From Flaccisagitta enflata (lineage: Eukaryota): a DNA stretch of 64,000 bases. A program made the position numbers and the translations under genes. The stretch is taken from positions 19,964,001 through 20,028,000 of the forward strand of contig OZ231126.1 of the NCBI GenBank assembly GCA_965153355.1, in the 5' to 3' direction. Positions 47,533 through 58,610 of this stretch are shown here, piece by piece (position 1 is the stretch's first letter; each line of letters begins with the position of its first letter). The notes below the pieces were generated by a model. That model was given only the letters and a program-made list of their open reading frames with translations, was not told the DNA's origin and searched no databases.

Positions 47533-49173
47533 CTGAGCCGAGTGTTTTCTATAAATGTTTTGTTTGGTGCAACATAACTTCAAAGCCGATTATACTTTAC
47601 TAGTTACCAGTTGGTTTTTGTGAAGTGTCCGAGTGCCGGGGCCCTTGTGTCAATGGCAGTGCAGTGATATAGATCTTTGAATGTATATCATAACTCATAA
47701 GAAGGTGTCTTATCGGTAAATCCTATGTAGGTGAATTACTTTCAAAGTTTTTTCTTTCTCTTTTTTTCAGTGAGCCGACATGAGAAAAAAATTCGTTCGA
47801 TATAAAATCAATCATTACTTTTGAAAATACTCGTACTCGCTTATCTGTTCTGTACATAAAAAGTTTTTATACATCTGTTATGTTTTTTTCTTTGGTTATC
47901 AAAAATTCGAAGAAATTCTTTGATTTTGAGAGATTTCTTCGACTTGAGCAATATAAACCGGTTGATTAGTTCCTCCGTCAGTTAGTTACATTTAGCAGGT
48001 TGCTCCTCCAGATGTTTGCTGTAGTTGAAGTATTTGCGTACTTTTCCTTTGCACATGGTTTCAAAGACTTTTTACTCCACCCCTAATTAAAGCCAATTTA
48101 GTTACTCCAAGTCCTACGCACATTCATTCCCAATTACCTCCCAAATTGGCGGATCCGTTGGTAAAGGAATAGGAAATCGGCATATAATGCAAATGAAGTC
48201 ATGGTCCAAAAAATGTTTTGAAGATTCATTTGTTGGTAAGAAAAACAAATGAAACAAATCCATCAGCGAAAGTTACAATTTGTCATTCCTTAAAAATCTG
48301 TTTTGTATTTTGTTTGTTTGAATGTTGAGCATTGTTTTTTTTTTCCTTCTTTTTTGATCGGGAAGAAAGTTGCAGTCAATATTCGACTTTTTGACATATT
48401 CGAGAGAAACATGGTGTTTATTTTCGTATAGGAAAGTTTTGGCTCTCGATCAAGCGAATGAGGCCTCCAATGAAATCGATAAAGTTAGTATATTTGATAA
48501 TTCTCTTTCATTTGGCGCCAAGCAGAATGCTCTACGACAAATATTTTTCGCGTTATGATTTTTTAAAGATTTATTTACAAAGCTGGATACGCAGCTATCT
48601 TAATCGCATTTGGGTGGGCAGGGGCAGTGATAAAAAAGGTTAATCATGTATTTGAGCAGGAGCAGTAATGCAGTAAACGCCCGTAAACGCCTGTAGATGC
48701 CAAAAAAATAGAAATAATAAAGTGTGACGGACCGAGTGACCAATGGATGGACAAAGCAGGTTGTAGAGTCACGTGCATGCGACTAAAAATTCAAAATGAT
48801 TTTTTTCCGATTTTTTAGGATTTTTGATAGGATCAATAAAGAAGTGTACTTATATTTGTTTGACTATGCAAATACAAGAAAAAATGTTTATGAGCATAGC
48901 CGTTTTTCTGTGAAGGTGTTTTTGAGCATTCTAGCTTATTTAGCTCATTTTGCTTAGTCTTTTTTTCTGATTCTAAATAGGATGAATATAAAAATGTTAT
49001 AATTGAGCATGCAAATACAAGAAAGCATGTCAGTGACCATAGTTGGTCATCTGGTTGAGTGATTTTCAGTATTTCAGCTCATCTAGCTCATTTGGCTCAG
49101 TTCTATTTTTCTCTGATTTTCAGCGTAATTGATACATACATTTGCTTTTGATTTGATCTAACAAGTACACCGT

Positions 49174-49688
49174 TTGGGTACGTCGCATAGCAAAAGTTGG
49201 TTATTTCTTTTCGCCCTCTTTACCTAATGTGGAGTGACTAATTTTAGGACCCTTACCATTTTTGTTTTATCAAAAATCGTTCATCTTCCGTTTTTTAGAA
49301 AATTGCTTTTGAGGGCCTAATTTGCATAATGCAGTGGGATAAAACAATATGCTGACATTGTTTGAATCAGCTTTTATAATTTTCTACTCATCATAGAATT
49401 GCAATTCTGCCTTTTCATTTGCTCTTTCATAACTTATGTTCTGATATTTTAGTTTATTTTTACATATATTATGATTTTTTAAAACAAATAATTGTCCTTT
49501 TTAAAACAAAACTACACAGGATTTTGCTGAATTCTGGGAAATCAGTGGAAACTTTAAGGCTAAAACAAAAACGGAAGATGAAGGAATTTTGAAAAAAGGA
49601 AAATGGTCATCTTCATGATTTTTGCTCCTCCACATTACCTAAGTAGGGTGAAGGGATACTCCCAACTTTTGCTATGTGAAGCACCCAA
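49174..49688. mobile_element. MITE with 9-bp TSD (Mutator-like)
   Basis: Long imperfect TIRs TTGGGTACGTCGCATAGCAAAAGTTGG / CCAACTTTTGCTATGTGAAGCACCCAA; direct repeat GTACACCGT at 49165-49173 and 49689-49697. Confidence 0.8.
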
Positions 49689-49691
49689 GTA

Positions 49692-50454
49692 CACCGTCTT
49701 TGAATCGAATTGGCAAATAGTAAACCTTTGTAGCTCCAAAATTACTCGCCCAAAAGCCTTCAAATTTTCAGTGAATGTTGGTAACAACTGACTATTTTTC
49801 ATGCCAAAACTTAGATTTTGATACTGAATAATTTGGGCTCAGTAAAACTAACGGAACATGCCCAATTTTTAGGGCTGAATCTTTTTTTATTGCTTTATTT
49901 GAGGAGACTTGTCTTTATCAATATACAGATGTCTACAAAAATGAGCTAGAACTCCGGGGTTGGTCTCAAATAAAAAGGAACTTTTCAGAGATTATAGATT
50001 TACCAAAAAAATTGAAAAAAGTGGGAGATATTTTGAGGTTATCATTGGTCTTTGACAATCATTGCTAAAATCCAGACTGTCAATTATTTGAAAATCATTC
50101 AAATCTTCATAAATACAATGAAATAATGAAATTTTAAAGTAGAAGTTTTATTCAGGATCTGTAACTCATCATTTTAGACCAACCCCAGGGTTCAAGCTTG
50201 CTTAATCAGGAAAAAAGCAATAAAAAAAAAAAAAAAAACTTCCAAGTATAGCTGGGACAAATTGATTTTTTCCATTAAATTGATAGCTTTCAAATGCTTT
50301 AGTGACCCCCAAACTATTCAGTATTAAAATCTGACTTTTGTCATGACAAAAGGGTCAGTTGTTACCAACATTCACTGAAAATTTGAAGGCTTTTGGGCTA
50401 GTAATTTTGGAGCTAAAAAGGTTTACTATTTGCCATTTCGATTTAAAAACAGTG
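49692..50454. mobile_element. Palindromic MITE with TA TSD (original left end at 49168, split by the previous element)
   Basis: Inverted arms of more than 100 bp (GGCAAATAGTAAACCTTT...GTTGGTAACAACTGAC vs GTCAGTTGTTACCAAC...AAAGGTTTACTATTTGCC); ends TA|CAC ... GTG|TA. Confidence 0.85.
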
Positions 50455-50691
50455 TAAAAAAAATTGTTGTGACCAGCTTACGACTTTTTTCCTCACGGCG
50501 ACAACCGCCATCACTGGAATTTACACTGTTAGGCTTTTGTGGCCTTGGTTTCATCACCGTGATCAACCGATTTTCTGACATTTGGCCATGCCCACTGGCA
50601 AGCGCAACAGTACCCACCATTCTCCAAAGCGTACTTTCCCCTCAATTCCAAATCGTTCCGTTTCAGTTGGTCGGTCATTATTCATTACTAT

Positions 50692-51499
50692 TGTAAAACA
50701 TGATAATTGCATGGTTATGTAAGGTAGTTCAGTGGGATTACTTTAATCATACGAGGACAATCACCCACATACGGACCTGTTCCATATCTTCATTCCTTGT
50801 CCATGTGCGGCTCTGTCACCATTCGACTTCGCAAATGGGACACCATGATTGTCTCGTTGCTCGCTCATCAAATGCGGCCTTGACCTCGACTTGATAATTG
50901 ATTGTTTGACTTCGGATCTGACTTCTGAGTGCTACTTGTGACTCAAGAATAACTTAAAGGGCCTCAGCCTCTTCTGCTCATAGCAAACGGGAGAAAGACA
51001 AATATTGAATTATCGTCGCTTCTTAACTTCTAATTATGCGGTAATAAAAAGGCCTACACACAACACGGTTCCCGACCTCGGTACAACAGTGAATCTAAAG
51101 GGGATAGAACGGATTAAGAATGAGCTCATATAAAATCAACGCTTGGAAATGAAATGGCGAAGAGATACACAATGGGCATCTAACTGCTACAATGATTCAT
51201 CTAAGACGTGGAAAAAGAATGAGCAGATACTTTTAAAACCATTGACTTAAGGACGAGATTTATAACTCATGGAAACTTGAGGATGAGTCACAAAATCTAG
51301 CTACTGAATTAATCGTATGAACGCGATGAATGACTACTGAATAAAATGGAGAAAATGGTCATTCATTTTATGAATACTGTAAAGCTAGTGAATCTTTACC
51401 ACAGGATACGATTGGAAAACGGAGTTCTTAAGATATTACCTTTGCATCCATATCACTCTAATGTCTCTATATCATGGATGCATAATTTGGTGTGTAACA
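50692..51499 (-). repeat. 3' LTR
   Basis: Direct repeat of 56495-57302; preceded on the minus strand by a PPT-like tract (~51500-51516). Confidence 0.95.
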
Positions 51500-52187
51500 G
51501 GGGTCCCTTCTTTCTAAAAAAGCGGACCCCGCGTTCCAGCTCCTTCTCCTTAAAGAAAGTCCGCGAAGATGTAATTGTTCGATGAGCGCCGCCTGTAACT
51601 CCGATGTGTGAATGGAATGAACGTTCATGGGATAAAATGGCCATTGCGGCAATGATGTGAGGCGCCGGATATGAATTGTGTGAAGGTGCAAGGGTCAGGA
51701 CGTATTGCATTTGCTCTTGTGGCATGGTGTTGGATGCGTAATTTTGCTGCATAACGAATAATGAATATGTATGGATGCATCATCGTTCGACTGTGCAAAT
51801 GAGACGCCGGTAGTGATCTTGTATGGATACGTCCTCATTCGACTCCGCAAATGGGACGGCAAAAGCGCGCGTTCTCGTGACAACAGATGTAATTTTCAAT
51901 AGAACAGATTACGGCGATATCGTTTTTTTTTGCTCCTTGTCTGTTGTTTGTTTGTTTGTTTGTTTGTTTGTTTGTTTGTTTGTTTGTTTGTTTGTTTGTT
52001 TGTTTGTTTGTTGTTTGTTTGTTGTTGTGGTGGTTGTTGTTGTGGTTGTTGTTGTGGTTGTTGTTGTGGTTGTTGTTGTTGTTGTTAGTTCACGGGAAGG
52101 AACGGATTCTTTGAGTGAGATGACGAGGTAAAGTGTGTGTGCGTTGGATAAACATGTCCGACATACGGGTATTTTGATGATCACAGG

Positions 52188-52668
52188 GCAACGTTCTACG
52201 TCAAAAACGTGCGCGGATTTGAAAGCAACATTGTACTTCGACAAAGTGCAATTTGCCGAGTCCAACATCCCATTCTCATTTTCCGATATCGTCATCGTCA
52301 TCGTCATCGTTAAAGAATTCCCCCAAATATGGATGGGTCTGAGGGATAGATTCTGTCTTAATTTGGATTATCATAAAGCAACAATCTACGTCGAAAACAT
52401 GCTCGTATTCGAAAGCTTCAGGGCAACATTGTACTTCGACAATGTGCAAAGTGAATATGACATGCCGGTATAATGAATCCGGACACTCAAAATGCGATCA
52501 TACTCCCGTGAAGCGACGCCGTACTTCGACAGCGCGCGCAGCTTAAGTCGCTCCAAGCAACGTTGTACTTCGAAAACGCGCATTTACCCAATCGAAGAGC
52601 AACGCCGTACTTCGACGACGCGCGCGATTTTGATAACTGTAAAGCAGCGTAGTACCTCGACTACATGC
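52188..52668 (-). repeat. Array of eight 25-nt stem-loop motifs (plus-strand consensus GCAACRTTGT-ACTTCG-ACAAYGTGC) with unique spacers
   Basis: Copies start at 52188, 52225, 52378, 52423, 52513, 52557, 52599 and 52644. Confidence 0.85.
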
Positions 52669-53024
52669 ATTTCGCGGGTGAAATAGGACATGAGAAAATA
52701 TAGGGGTGAGGCAAACTTGGTCCGCTGGTGTCTTCAGTGCGTCTATGCTAAATCAGTGAAAGTGCGATCAACAGGAAAACAGTGCAAATTCTAGTCTGAG
52801 TGATGAGGCTACTACAGATGAATTTGTACAGATAAGGTTTTGAACATGTTCGCGTTTAAAAGGTGTGATCGATCGTGAGTGGGAATACATTTCAAAATTG
52901 CGAGGAAAGAACTAGAGGCAGGCTGGTTAAAATGCTTGAGAGTGCTGGTAAGGTCCAATCATCAATTATGACTGGCTCTTTTTACTGGATCGTTTCCCAC
53001 CTTACTCTACATTTCTCACCACAG

Positions 53025-53350
53025 GGAAATATCTTTATCAAGATAAGACCAAGACAACTTGCGTCACCAGGCCAATCAACTTCGTAATTGGTCTTACAAC
53101 AAAGGAAATATCTTCATTAAGACATTGCCCAGACAGATTGCATCAAGAGCCCAATCAACTTCGTAATTGGCTTTACAACGGGAAATATCTTCATCAAGAC
53201 AAGACCCAGACAAAGTGCGTCACGACCAATCAACTTCGTAATTGGCTTCACAGTCAACGGGAAATATCTTCATTAAGACATTGCCCAGACAGATAGTACC
53301 GAGAGCCCAATCAACTTCCTAATTGGCTATACAACGGGAAACATCTTTAT
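53025..53350 (-). repeat. ~78-bp tandem repeat x4, each unit containing a CAATCA-ACTTCG-TAATTG hairpin
   Basis: Hairpins at 53069, 53148, 53224 and 53304 (the last has loop ACTTCC). Confidence 0.85.
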
Positions 53351-53416
53351 TAAAATATCACCCTCACAGATTGCTTTTCAAATCACCTAGTCCATTGACG
53401 ATCTCAACCAGCAAGA

Positions 53417-53795
53417 GGAGGAATCCTTGTATAAGGAAAACTCCAATATGAGCGGTTTCCCGCTTAACTTCTGCGTCATTCTGAACATCTCTCTTCAACA
53501 CAGACATTGCTAGCGGTTTTGGGAGGAATCCTTTTGAAAGGATAACGCCCAAATGAGTGGAAGGAGGAATCCTTTTGTAAGGATAACGCCTATATGCTTG
53601 AAAGGAGGAATCCTTTTGTAAGGATAACGCCAATATGAGTGGAAGGAGGAATCCTTTTGTAAGGATAACGCCAATATGAGTGGACAGAGGAATCCTTTTG
53701 TAAGGATAACGCTAATGTGATTTGTTTCTCGTTACTCTCTTCTATAATGATGTCTTGGCGCTTTTATGAGGAATCCTTTAGTAAGGATAACCCAA
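53417..53795 (-). repeat. ~41-bp repeat x7 with an ATCCTT-N4-AAGGAT hairpin core
   Basis: GAGGAATCCTTTTGTAAGGATAACGCC-type units: five in tandem plus two separated copies. Confidence 0.85.
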
Positions 53796-54311
53796 GATGA
53801 GTTTTCAGGACACTGAACAAATGACTATTGGATACCAAAAAGGCTGTCTAGAATTACCATTTCAGCATTATGTCATCCGTTTTAGGACTCGAATCATGGT
53901 AATCACCCATCCATCGCAAAATGAAACAAAGTCGGGCTCCTTCATTGTCGCTTCTACTGACAAGCTACTTATCCTGGCTGGCCTCTTCCATCACGGCCGT
54001 TGATGGTTGAGAGATTCACTCAATCGCAAACACTTCACATCATTCCATTCTTACACCAACATTAGGAATATGCATCTTGCCCTTCAATTTGACAAAAAGT
54101 TGCTTCACAGTGTCATTAGGCTCTTTAGAGATCTTCCAGATATGAGTTGTCTGCCCTGAACAATGGAGCCATTGAGATCATTTCCATGACTAGTTCTTAC
54201 CATCTATTGATCGAACTACAACTAAACAAATTGAATCTGTACAATTTCGAGCTTGTAATTTGTGGACCTTGAAGTTATTAAATGATGATTGGCCCATATC
54301 CTCTTTGTCCT

Positions 54312-55472
54312 TCACTTTTTTGACTTGCTTTTGCCAGAGCTGCGACCTGCACTGGCTGTGCTTGAGCTTGAGCCCTTTTTTGGTTTGACACTAAGGCCTT
54401 TCATGCCTTCCAAAATGGCCTTAGAGATTGATTCTGTCATGATCTTGGCCCTGGCCTTGATGGCCTCACTGTCACTGTCTTCGTCAGCAGATTGAATGGC
54501 TCTCAGGTCCTCTTCACTTGAACTGCTGGAGCTATCACTCTCTCCACTTGTGGAGCTCCAATCACCCACTCCACAAATTTGGCCAGATTGCCTGTGGTGG
54601 GAACTGTATTGGTGTTCCTTCTCGCAGTTTTTGTTCCTTTCTTGGTCAGTCATTGCTGCACCAGTAAAGGCTACCTGCTTTGACTCTTTGCGTCTCAGCT
54701 CATACTTGATTGCCTGGTTGTAAGCTCTTTCGATTGTTTCCTTGCCAAAGGGAATGCCGGCATCAATGGCCTCTCTCCAATCAAACTCCAACCCGTGCAC
54801 AAACCTGTTGTAGCACTCCATCTCGTATGATCTTGGGTCATTCACAACTGTTGGGCTGTATTTGTGCACATACCCCAACACATTGGCCTTGTACACCTGC
54901 AGAGTCATGCCTGCTGGTCTCTTGTAGGCCCCCAAGTCGCGGACCCAATTCCTGCGAATAACGGGATCCTCCATTTTCTCTTCCAGCTCTTCAATCAAGA
55001 GCTTCCAATCAGAATCCTTGTGTTGACACCCCTGATAAATGGATTGCGCTTCATCCGGTAACTTGAGTGGGAACCAGTTGAGACAAAGCTCATCTGTTCT
55101 CTCTTCTGTGGCCGCGTTGGTAACGGTCTTGACTGCTCTCCTGAACCTCGTCGCATATTCTTGTAGGTCTGCCCCCGGCTTTCCATAAGGAAATTTTTGG
55201 ATAGGAATGTCCGTTGGGACCTTCTCGTAATGCAATGAGGGCCTGCGTGCTGATGCACTCAATGCATCATAATTGTCGGAATGTACCAAACCTCCGGATC
55301 TACTCGTGCTATCACGGTCACCTCCCCCCTGATTCCTACCTGGGGGCGGGGGCGCCGTCGTGCCCTGGGTATCCAAGAGCGCCGTCAATCGCGCGGCAAA
55401 ATCTGGATTTGAGCCGCCTTGAATTTGGGTCTTAATCTGATCCAGATATGCCAGCCATTGTGGATCACCCAT
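54312..55472 (-). CDS. gag: Gag/capsid-like protein, 386 aa
   Basis: Intact single-exon ORF between the LTRs. Helical capsid-like pattern (LNWFPLKLPDEAQSIY...DWKLLIEELEEKM...MTLQVY...RFVHGL...IERAYNQA) typical of Ty3/gypsy Gag; no CCHC knuckle. Confidence 0.8.
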   Translation of the reverse strand: MGDPQWLAYLDQIKTQIQGGSNPDFAARLTALLDTQGTTAPPPPGRNQGGGDRDSTSRSGGLVHSDNYDALSASARRPSLHYEKVPTDIPIQKFPYGKPGADLQEYATRFRRAVKTVTNAATEERTDELCLNWFPLKLPDEAQSIYQGCQHKDSDWKLLIEELEEKMEDPVIRRNWVRDLGAYKRPAGMTLQVYKANVLGYVHKYSPTVVNDPRSYEMECYNRFVHGLEFDWREAIDAGIPFGKETIERAYNQAIKYELRRKESKQVAFTGAAMTDQERNKNCEKEHQYSSHHRQSGQICGVGDWSSTSGESDSSSSSSEEDLRAIQSADEDSDSEAIKARAKIMTESISKAILEGMKGLSVKPKKGSSSSTASAGRSSGKSKSKK

Positions 55473-56494
55473 GATGATTAATTGATGTACGGTCTTACCA
55501 AGTAATTGTCAGTGCACTTCACTACTTTTGGGTGAAGCAATCAGGAATAAAAGGCACGTCTTTTTGATGGGGATGCGAGTCACTCCTTTTATGTGACTGA
55601 AGAAAGGTATAAAAGCACTCCCCTCGCTTGACCGTTCGCAAGTTAAAAACCAGTTAAAATCTCTCCCACACAAGTTTTTATAAGAACATTTGTAACCAAT
55701 GTGTTGGTTACTGGTGAAAGTTTAAGAACGTTTACAGCTGAGCTGTATTGGGGATGCCAAATTGAACTTCACACTTGCTTGAATCAGAGTTCTCTTCTTC
55801 ATCAACATTTGCTATGCATAGGCCTTTACCGCAAGAAAATGTTCTCTTAATTAAACTCCCGTGCTATGATACAACGCCGAATTTGAAAGAGTTTTTGAAA
55901 GTGTTTTTGGCAAATCCTTGATTCCGCTTCCGCTAAACTGCACAAGGGTAGCTCTGACCTGCGCGCCTCCCAAGTTTGCTGGCTTGCTTCTTTCGAAATA
56001 GGAAGTACCGTGAAATGGAAGAGAAAGTACTGTCCAGAATGTTGTTCCTATTTAGATGCCGCTTCCATCCTAAAAGCGCAGGAAACCCTCTAGGACTTCC
56101 ACGAATGACGGCCACTGGCCAAAATGGGCCACTATCATATGGAAATGTGTTGAAAGTGAAAGTTGAAATAAACCGAGATCAACCGAAAAGCTTAGCTTCC
56201 TCTTGAAGCTCTGCGCGCTCCAAATGGCAAGTAGGCACATCCAGAGTTCACCGTCCAGAACTCAATAGGTTTTTCCATAAGGTTCGATCACTCATCGCTT
56301 GATCTTTGAAACTATGACCTACTTGATCCAAATACTGAAGAGAACTCAGGGTCTTGCAATAAGAACTGGGCAAGACTGGTTAACCACCAGAGGGAAGTGG
56401 CTCCTCATGCCAGAGAGAGAGGCAGTCAGATAACATGTCGTATTTGGTCAACATCCACGGCAGCTTACCATGGATAATTCGGCAGATGTACCAT

Positions 56495-57302
56495 TGTAAA
56501 ACATGATAATTGCATGGTTATGTAAGGTAGTTCAGTGGGATTACTTTAATCATACGAGGACAATCACCCACATACGGACCTGTTCCATATCTTCATTCTT
56601 TGTCCATGTGCGGCTCTGTCACCATTCGACTTCGCAAATGGGACACCATGATTGTCTCGTTGCTCGCTCATCAAATGCGGCCTTGACCTCGACTTGATAA
56701 TTGATTGTTTGACTTCGGATCTGACTTCTGAGTGCTACTTGTGACTCAAGAATAACTTAAAGGGCCTCAGCCTCTTCTGCTCATAGCAAACGGGAGAAAG
56801 ACAAATATTGAATTATCGTCGCTTCTTAACTTCTAATTATGCGGTAATAAAAAGGCCTACACACAACACGGTTCTCGACCTCGGTACAACAGTGAATCTA
56901 AAGGGGATAGAACGGATTAAGAATGAGCTCATATAAAATCAACGCTTGGAAATGAAATGGCGAAGAGATACACAATGGGCATCTAACTGCTACAATGATT
57001 CATCTAAGACGTGGAAAAAGAATGAGCAGATACTTTTAAAACCATTGACTTAAGGACGAGATTTATAACTCATGGAAACTTGAGGATGAGTCACAAAATC
57101 TAGCTACTGAATTAATCGTATGAACGCGATGAATGACTACTGAATAAAATGGAGAAAATGGTCATTCATTTTATGAATACTGTAAAGCTAGTGAATCTTT
57201 ACCACAGGATACGATTGGAAAACGGAGTTCTTAAGATATTACCTTTGCATCCATATCACTCTAATGTCTCTATATCATGGATGCATAATTTGGTGTGTAA
57301 CA
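56495..57302 (-). repeat. 5' LTR
   Basis: Direct repeat of 50692-51499; TATAAAT on the minus strand at 57067-57061. Confidence 0.95.
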
Positions 57303-58398
57303 CTATTCATTAGCTTCACGAGTAGCTTACTTGTACAGTTAAAAATACCGACCTGCAAAATGGATAACAAGTAATGCGGGTTAGAACATCGTCGCGGATG
57401 AGTGGACAGGGGCGCACAACACCCCCCACATGCCTACCCCCCCCCCCCACTCCCACACACACACACAGGTACAGGATCAATATTCGCGTTCCTAAACTTT
57501 TAGATTCATTAGTTACGGACAGGCCATGGATAGACCAACGGACAGAAGGACGGAGGGAATGATGGACAGACTTACGGATGGACCGATGGACGGACAAAGC
57601 TCCTTGTAGAGTCACGAGTCCGCGACTAAAAAAACACGATTTACTACAATGAAAAGAAAAAAAACTTCAGCTTTACCACCGGCTATAAGACCGACATACG
57701 CCTGGATTTAATGGACTTTTTTCAGTCTTTTGAACACAATTTTATTCCTTCTGTAATTTGATCTTCAATTTTATTTTTTAAGTCTTGGTAACGCATCAGT
57801 AACCTGGATAACCAGTGTTCAGGGCTATTTACTTACGTATCAATGTATCTACGTATGCTATTCGCATGTGCGTTTCAAAATTTTGAATGTATGCATACTA
57901 TCCAAAGGTAGTTTTAAGTTTCTACTCGATGACGATTTAGATTGCAACAACGATTGACCACGATAGACGGACAATCCAGCCCGGTAACGGTGCAATGGCA
58001 ACAGCAAACAGAGCCGAGGGCCTAGGGCACTCAAACCCCTACCCAGACAACTCACCCTTTCATTTTAACGACCCATTCCACCCTCCCAATTTTGCCTACC
58101 CTCTCCCCCCAAAGCTCTCATTCAAAGTACGAACCCCCCTCACCTTCTCGGTCCCGCCCCACGGAAAAAAAAACCTCAATAAAAACATTTATTTTTGGTT
58201 GGTATCGAGCAAGAACATGGAATTTGAGGTTCATTTCCTCATCTCATCTTCTCTTTTTTCATTTCTTGTTTAATTTTCTTTCTTTTATACTGATTTCCAA
58301 ATTCACCCTTTACTTTCCTGGTCATTTGTTCCTTTCTTTCATTTTTCTTCCTATTTTTTTTTCTTGTTTTTCCTTGTTTGTTTGCTGCTTTCTCATTT

Positions 58399-58481
<83 letters not shown>

Positions 58482-58511
58482 CTCTCTCTCTTCTCTCTCT
58501 CTTTCTTTCTC

Positions 58512-58610
<99 letters not shown>

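Larger units (their letters stand above)
50692..57302 (-). mobile_element. Young non-autonomous, gag-only LTR retrotransposon (Ty3/gypsy-like), 6611 bp
   Basis: Two 808-bp TG...CA LTRs differ at 2 positions by eye. There is a 4-bp TSD CTAT (50688-50691, 57303-57306), a TGG-starting PBS-like site at 56493 and a purine tract AGAAAGAAGGGA next to the 3' LTR. One Gag-like ORF is present and no pol-sized ORF. Confidence 0.93.

Noticed and set aside
52188-52668. CRISPR array (palindromic repeats with unique spacers)
   Set aside because: Eukaryotic retroelement context, no cas genes, divergent repeats and irregular spacers of 12-128 nt; better explained as an RNA hairpin array.
53800-54311. Possible relic of a zinc knuckle or pol after the gag stop (HCSGQTTHIWK-like)
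   Set aside because: It lacks CCHC spacing and the frames are interrupted by stops; no protease, RT or integrase motifs were recognised.
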